Part shown: positions 1-5,822 of the stretch, one piece after another
Layout: each line of letters begins with the position of its first letter
Numbering within the stretch: the first letter of the stretch is position 1
Origin: Hyphomicrobiales bacterium
GTDB lineage: Bacteria > Pseudomonadota > Alphaproteobacteria > Rhizobiales > GCA-2746425
Assembly (NCBI GenBank): GCA_002746425.1
Contig: NVXB01000001.1
Coordinates: 61,604 to 104,292 of the forward strand
Length of the DNA stretch: 42,689 bases
Direction of reading: 5' to 3'
Notes under the pieces: model-generated
Database searches by the model: none
What the model was told of the DNA's origin: nothing
Seen by the model: the letters and a program-made list of their open reading frames with translations, nothing else
Made by a program: the position numbers and the translations under genes

Positions 1-1
1 A

Positions 2-946
2 CCTCGAGATGAAGATGGAAAAGTTATCGAAGGACATCCCATCGCTTGGGAATTGCCTACTTTAACATTCACTGGTAAGGTAAAATTACATGGCACGAAT
101 TCATCCTGGGTTTATAATATTGAAAGTGATAAATTATCTTTCCAATCACGAAATCGTGTTTTAACTGTTGAAAAAGATAATGCTGGATTTGCCCTTTGGT
201 TTTCTTCACAAGAAGAAAAAATCAAAGCATATATGAAAACACTAGCCAATTTAACTGAACGAACTGGTGATATTATTGTGTATGGTGAATGGGCTGGTCC
301 AGGAATTCAAAAAGGAGTTGGAATTTCAGAAATTCCAAGAAAATCATTCTTTATTTTTGAAATTATTTGGAAAGATGGAGATAATATTCTGTATATGGGT
401 AATGGTAAAAATGATTTTAAAGACGTGGATGATACATATTTAATTTTAGATGATTACACTATTACAATTGATTTCAATAAACCTCAACTAGCTCAACAGC
501 AACTCATTGATTTTACTAATCAAGTTGAGGAAGAATGTCCTATTGCTAAGAAATTAGGTGTTATAGGCATCGGCGAAGGAATTGTATGGAGTCATTATAT
601 TGATACTGATACTGTTCTTCGTTTCAAGGTGAAGGGCGAGAAACACAGTGTTTCTAAAGTGAAAACACTTGCTCCTATTGATATTGAAAAATATAATAGA
701 GTCTCAGAGTTTGTTGATAACAACATAACTGAACAGCGTCTTCAACAAGGCATTGATTATCTTAACGAAATGGAACATGAAATTTCTATGAAATCTACAG
801 GCCATTTTGTAAAATGGGTAACCTCTGATGTTTTCACAGAAGAAATGGATACGATTGTTGAGAACCAATTAGATTCTAAAATGATTGGTAAAGAATGTTC
901 TAACCAAGCACGAAAATGGTTTATGGAACAATGTTCAAAAATTTGA
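2..946 (+). CDS. rnlB: RNA ligase 2 (T4 Rnl2-like), 5'-truncated by the window edge
   Basis: The frame is open from nt 2, with no stop upstream of the TTG at 53, so the N-terminus lies outside the window. It has nucleotidyltransferase motif I 'KVKLHGTN' (T4 Rnl2 'KIHGTN') and 'GEWAGPGIQKGV' (T4 'GEFAGPGIQKNV'). Confidence 0.8.
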   Translation, partial: PRDEDGKVIEGHPIAWELPTLTFTGKVKLHGTNSSWVYNIESDKLSFQSRNRVLTVEKDNAGFALWFSSQEEKIKAYMKTLANLTERTGDIIVYGEWAGPGIQKGVGISEIPRKSFFIFEIIWKDGDNILYMGNGKNDFKDVDDTYLILDDYTITIDFNKPQLAQQQLIDFTNQVEEECPIAKKLGVIGIGEGIVWSHYIDTDTVLRFKVKGEKHSVSKVKTLAPIDIEKYNRVSEFVDNNITEQRLQQGIDYLNEMEHEISMKSTGHFVKWVTSDVFTEEMDTIVENQLDSKMIGKECSNQARKWFMEQCSKI

Positions 947-959
947 AAAGGAATATAAA

Positions 960-1424
960 ATGAAAAAATACATTAGTCTAAATGATCTTAAACAGAATAT
1001 TTTTCGAGGTCCATTAACCAATGATTGCATTTTCTATTATGCAATGTTACAAAAAATTACTGAAAATGCAGATGCTACATTAAAGGATTGGCGCGAACTT
1101 TATAATAAACTTTCTAATGAAATCGTTAAATTTAAAAATAAAGGAAGTTCGCCTCAAAACGAACAAATTCTTACATATCTTCAAAAAATTGCAGGTACTA
1201 TGATGCATATTAGAGATATTATTAAAGATAAAACTAGAATTAAAGTGGGCGATTGGATTACTACAAAATATTGGAGTGCATATTACGAAGTAATATTTAT
1301 AAATAGAAAAAACGATTGTGTTGTTATATTATCTGGTCCGCGAGAAATTACTATATCTTTGTCATCCTACATTTGGTATAAAAAAATTACAATAACTACA
1401 GAAAAAAAGGTGAAAGTGACATGA
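960..1424 (+). CDS. hypothetical protein, tandem paralog 1
   Basis: ATG at 960 follows an AAAGGAA RBS, and the longer ORF-track start at 885 overlaps the ligase. The product is paralogous to the next ORF (ISLNDLKQN..GPL..C.FYY..LQ and NEQILTYLQKIAGTMMHIRDII). Confidence 0.6.
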   Translation: MKKYISLNDLKQNIFRGPLTNDCIFYYAMLQKITENADATLKDWRELYNKLSNEIVKFKNKGSSPQNEQILTYLQKIAGTMMHIRDIIKDKTRIKVGDWITTKYWSAYYEVIFINRKNDCVVILSGPREITISLSSYIWYKKITITTEKKVKVT

Positions 1425-1894
1425 AAAATTGTATTAGCATTAATGATTTAAAAATGAATCGATACAACGGCCCATTATCCAGCGAATGTATGTATTTCTA
1501 TGAATGCTTACAGGAACTTTTATTAAATGAATCATCTTCATTATATCATTGGTCATCGGATTATGCAATACTGACCAAAAATATTTTGTCATATAAGAAA
1601 AACCCATCAACCGCAAAGAATGACCAAATTCTTTCTTTTCTTAAGAAAATTGCCACAACAATGATGTATATGCGTGACATTATTTGTGATCGAAATAAAG
1701 CAAAAAATACACCAGTTTCTAATAATATTGGTGCTGGTGATTTTATCACAAAAGTCGGATGGGAGTGTATTTATCTTGTTGAAAGTGTATTTCCCGGTAA
1801 AAATACACTTGTAATTCGAGATCATTTCGGTAATTTAAGTGACCATTGTTATGATGATGAATGGCTTATTGCAGAATTTCGGAGCGCATCATGA
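1421..1894 (+). CDS. hypothetical protein, tandem paralog 2
   Basis: ATGA start/stop overlap with the previous gene. It shares ISINDLKMN..GPL..C.YFY..LQ and NDQILSFLKKIATTMMYMRDII with the 960..1424 product. Confidence 0.6.
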   Translation: MKNCISINDLKMNRYNGPLSSECMYFYECLQELLLNESSSLYHWSSDYAILTKNILSYKKNPSTAKNDQILSFLKKIATTMMYMRDIICDRNKAKNTPVSNNIGAGDFITKVGWECIYLVESVFPGKNTLVIRDHFGNLSDHCYDDEWLIAEFRSAS

Positions 1895-2088
1895 ATAAAC
1901 CTAAAATGAACAACGAAGAGTGGTTAGTAAATGCGTTAAAAAATTTAGAAAATATTTCTTATTATTTGAAACGTAAATTTATTGAAGAAGGGTATGTGTT
2001 AATCCGTGAAATTAAATTAGAATCTCGTGGACGCCCGAGAAAAGAATATTTCCTATCTGAAAAAGGTTTAAATGCAAGTAAAGGATAA
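1891..2088 (+). CDS. small winged-helix DNA-binding protein (PadR/MarR-like)
   Basis: ATG at 1891 follows a GGAG RBS and overlaps the upstream stop (ATGA). The motif 'SRGRPRKEYFLSEKG' is typical of wHTH wing regions. Confidence 0.5.
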   Translation: MNKPKMNNEEWLVNALKNLENISYYLKRKFIEEGYVLIREIKLESRGRPRKEYFLSEKGLNASKG

Positions 2089-2093
2089 ATATA

Positions 2094-2243
2094 ATGGTAG
2101 TGATTACATATTCAAAACCAGGGAAAGAAATAAAAGAAGCACAATTCGACGGTGTAAATGAAGCAGATGAATGGATCGCTTTGTTCAGATTATTCGATAA
2201 TGATTATACATTTGAAAGGAAAGAAAATGCAAAAAGATTATAA
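2094..2243 (+). CDS. small hypothetical protein (49 aa), not in the ORF track
   Basis: Hand translation gives MVVITYSKPGKEIKEAQFDGVNEADEWIALFRLFDNDYTFERKENAKRL*. An AAGGA RBS sits about 9 nt upstream, and the ORF fills an otherwise non-coding gap. Confidence 0.3.
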   Translation: MVVITYSKPGKEIKEAQFDGVNEADEWIALFRLFDNDYTFERKENAKRL

Positions 2244-2412
2244 GTTTATAGCTATATCACGCTCAGATGGTAGATATATTAAAGCTATGAAAAAGAAACA
2301 ATTTGAAAGTTTGTTAAGAAAATCATTAGCAAATAACCCAAACCTTGAGTTTGTAACATATAAGAAATCTAAAGTTGCAACAAGCAAAAAACCAGAAATC
2401 GTATGGGAGTAA
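2227..2412 (+). CDS. hypothetical protein (61 aa) consisting of a module reused in the next gene
   Basis: ATG at 2227 follows a GAAAGGAAAG RBS. The sequence 'KFIAISRSDGRYIKAMKKKQFESLLRKSLANNPNLEFVTYKKSKVATSKKPEIVWE' matches the C-terminus of the 2417..2803 product. Confidence 0.5.
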   Translation: MQKDYKFIAISRSDGRYIKAMKKKQFESLLRKSLANNPNLEFVTYKKSKVATSKKPEIVWE

Positions 2413-2416
2413 TATT

Positions 2417-2803
2417 ATGAATGGACCATTAGTAAATGGCACTAAAGTAATCTGTACAACAAATGAATATCGTTGGTTAGAGAAAGATAAAACATATACT
2501 GTGCGTGGTTATCGAATTTCTAACGGCGGCAATTACAATTATAAAATTTGTGCATCGGAAGGTGCTGTTTTACATTATTGGTGTGGCAACTTTGAACTAG
2601 TTACACCTGTAGTGCCAGAAAAAAATAAGAAATTTACATATATACTTTTATGCGAAAATAGTGTAGTATGTAGAAGCAATGATATGAAAAAAATCGAGAA
2701 ACATATTTCTGATTCTTTAAATTTAAATGCAAATCTTGAATTCGATTTATATAAAAAGAAAAAATCTGCCCGTGGCGAATTGCCAGCAATTATTTGGGAA
2801 TAA
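2417..2803 (+). CDS. hypothetical protein, with a C-terminal module paralogous to 2227..2412
   Basis: The internal ATG at 2417 lies just after the upstream stop. The C-terminus 'FTYILLCENSVVCRSNDMKKIEKHISDSLNLNANLEFDLYKKKKSARGELPAIIWE' matches the previous product. Confidence 0.55.
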   Translation: MNGPLVNGTKVICTTNEYRWLEKDKTYTVRGYRISNGGNYNYKICASEGAVLHYWCGNFELVTPVVPEKNKKFTYILLCENSVVCRSNDMKKIEKHISDSLNLNANLEFDLYKKKKSARGELPAIIWE

Positions 2804-2824
2804 ATATATCATAAAGGAGAAAAT

Positions 2825-2956
2825 ATGAATTTTTTAAAACGATGGCGAAATTATCGCCGAACTGTTAAAGAATTAAGTAATTTAACAGACAAAGATTTAA
2901 ACGACATTGGCATTACACGTGGTGAAATTCATCACATTGCCAAAACTAGTAAATAG
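2825..2956 (+). CDS. DUF1127-like small protein (43 aa), not in the ORF track
   Basis: An AAAGGAGA RBS precedes the ATG at 2825. The translation is MNFLKRWRNYRRTVKELSNLTDKDLNDIGITRGEIHHIAKTSK*. The pattern 'ELs.LtD.eL.DIGI.R.dI' is the hallmark of DUF1127 (YjiS-type) proteins as I recall the family. Confidence 0.65.
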   Translation: MNFLKRWRNYRRTVKELSNLTDKDLNDIGITRGEIHHIAKTSK

Positions 2957-2963
2957 GAGTTGC

Positions 2964-3284
2964 ATGTCAAACAACGAAAATGAATCTGTAAAAGTCCTGC
3001 GGGAATGTATAGACCTTCAAATCAGAAAAGGTCAGGATTATCAAAATCCTAATTCTCAAGTAAAACAAGCGATGTATTATCCTCGCGGGATTTCATCCAT
3101 ACATGATGTAGTAAATGCGAAAAAACTTAGAATTGATTCACTCTTAGAATCGACGGCTAATACTAATTTCGAAAGCTTAGAGGATTCTTATAAAGATTTA
3201 ATCAATTATGCCTCATTTGCTGTCTCATGGTTAAGAGGCGAAATTGATGGTCAGGATAAAACAAAGGACATGTACAATAAATAA
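2964..3284 (+). CDS. DUF1599-like (nucleotide-modification-associated domain 1-like) all-alpha protein
   Basis: ATG at 2964 follows a GGAG RBS. The features 'KGQDYQ', 'VNAKKLRIDSLLES' and 'EDSYKDLINYASFAVSWL' resemble the DYG...K..R...L...NY pattern of DUF1599. The gene sits immediately upstream of the hydroxymethylase. Confidence 0.4.
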   Translation: MSNNENESVKVLRECIDLQIRKGQDYQNPNSQVKQAMYYPRGISSIHDVVNAKKLRIDSLLESTANTNFESLEDSYKDLINYASFAVSWLRGEIDGQDKTKDMYNK

Positions 3285-3294
3285 TGGAGATATT

Positions 3295-4158
3295 ATGAAC
3301 ATTTTAGAAATTAGAAATACGTTACGGGATAAATACGTAGCAAATGATTTCGTAACCGACAAAACAGGCGAAAAAACTATCGAAATCTTAGGAGCATCTT
3401 TCCTAGCAGATGAAGAAGCTATTTTCGGCGAAATCAATAAGGAATATATTAAAGAAGAACTTGAATGGTATCACAGCCTTTCAACTAATATCAATGACAT
3501 TCGAGCTGGCGAACCGCCCGCTGCATGGAAATATGCTGCTGATAAATATGGCAATATCAATTCAAATTATGGTAAGCTTATTTTTACCCCTATTTATTTT
3601 GATCAATATGCCAATGCTATGTATGAGCTACAAATTAATCCAAATTCTAGACGTGCTATTATGATTTATAATCGTCCTTCGATGTGGGAAGAATACAAAG
3701 AAAATGGTAAATCTGATTTTATTTGCACTAATGCAGTATCATTTTACATTCGAGATAATAAAGTTCATTGTGTTGTACAAATGCGCTCAAATGATGTATA
3801 TCTGGGATATAGGAATGATCGTGCGTGGCATTTACATATATTAAAAATGATGGCAAATGATTTAAATTTAGAAGTAGGTGATATTTATTGGCAAGTTCAA
3901 AATCTTCATATCTACGAAAAACATTTTAAATTCATAAAACCTCATACTGAATATGATGCAAAATTAGAAAATTGGGTTTTAGTGGAAACTCCTAACGATT
4001 CATATCTTCTAGGCAATGTTTTTGATGATAAGAAAAATCGCTTTCCTAATGGATATTGCGTCCGAACTACTGATGTAGCATCCACAGATCCGATTGCGAA
4101 AGGTACAATAGTTAGAACTAAAAATAGTTCTTATTTGTTAGGAAATGAAGCGAAATGA
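3295..4158 (+). CDS. gp42: deoxycytidylate 5-hydroxymethyltransferase (T4 gp42-like) with a C-terminal extension
   Basis: ATG at 3295 follows a GGAGA RBS. There is strong collinear similarity to T4 gp42: 'DFVTDKTGEKTIEILGASFLADE', 'ELEWY', 'NPNSRRAIMIYNRPSM', nucleophile context 'DFICTN', and 'MRSNDVYLGYRNDRAW' with Asp at the pyrimidine-specificity position. Confidence 0.85.
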   Translation: MNILEIRNTLRDKYVANDFVTDKTGEKTIEILGASFLADEEAIFGEINKEYIKEELEWYHSLSTNINDIRAGEPPAAWKYAADKYGNINSNYGKLIFTPIYFDQYANAMYELQINPNSRRAIMIYNRPSMWEEYKENGKSDFICTNAVSFYIRDNKVHCVVQMRSNDVYLGYRNDRAWHLHILKMMANDLNLEVGDIYWQVQNLHIYEKHFKFIKPHTEYDAKLENWVLVETPNDSYLLGNVFDDKKNRFPNGYCVRTTDVASTDPIAKGTIVRTKNSSYLLGNEAK

Positions 4159-4601
4159 CACATGATAAGTGGGATATTAGATTTCTGGATTTAGCTAAAC
4201 ATATTTCTCTTTGGAGTAAAGATCCATCAACAAAAATTGGCGCTGTTATTGTAGACGACGAGCGCCATATTCTGTCAACAGGATATAATGGATTCCCTAA
4301 AGGAGTTCGTGATAAACCTCAAAGACTTGAGAATAGAGAAGAGAAATATAAATTTGTAGTTCATGCAGAGATGAATTGTATTTATAATGCATCTTTACAC
4401 GGAATTTCTTTAAAAAATTCGACTTTATACATTCATGGATTACCTGCCTGCCATGAATGCGCTAAAGGTATTATTCAAGCTGGTATTAAAAGAGTTGTGA
4501 TGTCAACTTTAAATGATAACATTTCTGAAAAGTGGGCAGATTCTTATGCTATTTCAGCAACAATGTTTAGAGAAGCTGATGTAAGAATTTCATTCATATA
4601 A
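4155..4601 (+). CDS. cd: dCMP deaminase
   Basis: It has the zinc-binding cytidine/deoxycytidylate deaminase motifs 'HAEMN' and 'PCHECAKGIIQAGIKRVV'. ATGA overlap with the upstream gene. Confidence 0.9.
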   Translation: MTHDKWDIRFLDLAKHISLWSKDPSTKIGAVIVDDERHILSTGYNGFPKGVRDKPQRLENREEKYKFVVHAEMNCIYNASLHGISLKNSTLYIHGLPACHECAKGIIQAGIKRVVMSTLNDNISEKWADSYAISATMFREADVRISFI

Positions 4602-4611
4602 GGAGAAAGCT

Positions 4612-4773
4612 ATGGGTTGTTGGTCAATGAGAGAATATGAGGATAAAGATGCAAATGGGAAGTGTGATGAGTGCGAATCATTAACTGTTGATGGTGAGGC
4701 TATTGAGATATGTACCTATTCACCAGTACTATGTGAAAAATGTGGCTGGAGTCCATGTGACAATTCTTGTTAA
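4612..4773 (+). CDS. small Cys-rich protein (53 aa, putative zinc ribbon), not in the ORF track
   Basis: An AGGAG RBS at 4601-4605 precedes the ATG at 4612. The translation is MGCWSMREYEDKDANGKCDECESLTVDGEAIEICTYSPVLCEKCGWSPCDNSC*, with CxxC pairs. Confidence 0.5.
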   Translation: MGCWSMREYEDKDANGKCDECESLTVDGEAIEICTYSPVLCEKCGWSPCDNSC

Positions 4774-4778
4774 AATAA

Positions 4779-4808
4779 GTGTACACTCGCTGGAATTTTG
4801 ATTATATT
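4779..4808 (+). promoter_or_regulatory. putative promoter, GTGTACA-N17-TATATT class
   Basis: It has GTGTACA (4779-4785), a 17-nt spacer and TATATT (4803-4808). The same architecture recurs at 12163-12192 and 26556-26585, each time just after an upstream stop codon. Confidence 0.45.
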
Positions 4809-4830
4809 AAATTTAGAAAATGGAGATATT

Positions 4831-5445
4831 ATGAAACAATGGTTAGTAATTTACCTTAATGGAAAATTAAAACTTTCTTATGTAGGAATTTATAATGATA
4901 ATAAATCATTAGAAAATTCGTGTTCTATGAAAACTAACATCAGTAGAGCTAAATATTGTCATAAAAAAATGATTGAAACTCCTAATGGAAACAATAGTGG
5001 TCTTAAATCTGGTTTTATGATGGCCTTAATTAATACAAATTATGGAGGGTGGGATTATACTATTTTACCAGAACCATTAGAAAATGCTTTCGCTGCTGCT
5101 GAATTTAAAGCAGAAATGATAGAGATTTTAAAGGGTTTTGGATATACATTTGTTGGTTCTGATCGATTCTTTGTTAAAGGTTCTATTAAAGAATTTGGCG
5201 GAAATGCTTCTTGGACTAAAAAATGGAATATCGAAGCAATGACTCAAGCAAAAATCAGAGAAAAAATCGAATTTATAGTGAAATCCATGCCAGATAATGT
5301 GCCAAATCGCATATATTCTGAAGCTTATATGTGTACAATCATACCAGATGGTGTTAAGATAAGAACTAATTATGGTGATTATCAAATCAATGATTTAGTA
5401 TCACTATATAAATTTGTTCGAAACTATATGGGGTATGACTTATGA
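4831..5445 (+). CDS. hypothetical protein
   Basis: ATG at 4831 follows a GGAGA RBS. Long ORF with no recognised motif. Confidence 0.6.
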   Translation: MKQWLVIYLNGKLKLSYVGIYNDNKSLENSCSMKTNISRAKYCHKKMIETPNGNNSGLKSGFMMALINTNYGGWDYTILPEPLENAFAAAEFKAEMIEILKGFGYTFVGSDRFFVKGSIKEFGGNASWTKKWNIEAMTQAKIREKIEFIVKSMPDNVPNRIYSEAYMCTIIPDGVKIRTNYGDYQINDLVSLYKFVRNYMGYDL

Positions 5446-5774
5446 AAATCGGCGACACTATTAAATCACCAACGAGCGCCATATTCACCGTTGAACATAC
5501 ATTTATTAAAAATAACCTTCTTTACGCAGTGTATTTTCACAATAGTCTCGGCATGCAAATTAATTCAATAGAGTATTTGAATAGCAACGGTTGGTTTAAA
5601 ATTCATAAAAAATATCATGTTTTGATATGTGTATATAAAAATGGTGTCACGGAATTACGCGCATATGCGCCACCAAAAAATTGTTTAATATTTAAATCTG
5701 TTACAATGACAGAACAGGAAATATACGATTTTGATAAAGAAGCTGATATAGATAAGTTTGTAGAATGTTCATAA
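5442..5774 (+). CDS. hypothetical protein
   Basis: ATGA overlap with the upstream gene. No recognised motif. Confidence 0.55.
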   Translation: MKIGDTIKSPTSAIFTVEHTFIKNNLLYAVYFHNSLGMQINSIEYLNSNGWFKIHKKYHVLICVYKNGVTELRAYAPPKNCLIFKSVTMTEQEIYDFDKEADIDKFVECS

Positions 5775-5822
5775 TTATTGGTATGATTTTATTATATTTT
5801 TCATTAACAGTTAAGGAGTAGC

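Noticed and set aside
53-946. ORF-track start (TTG at 53) for the RNA ligase, and similar upstream-extended starts at 885, 1861, 2158, 2375, 2907, 3244, 4798, 13528, 13800 and 30793
   Set aside because: The ligase frame is open to the window edge. For the others, an internal ATG preceded by a Shine-Dalgarno sequence, and abutting or overlapping the upstream stop, is the better start. The extended versions overlap the neighbouring genes or contain the RBS itself.
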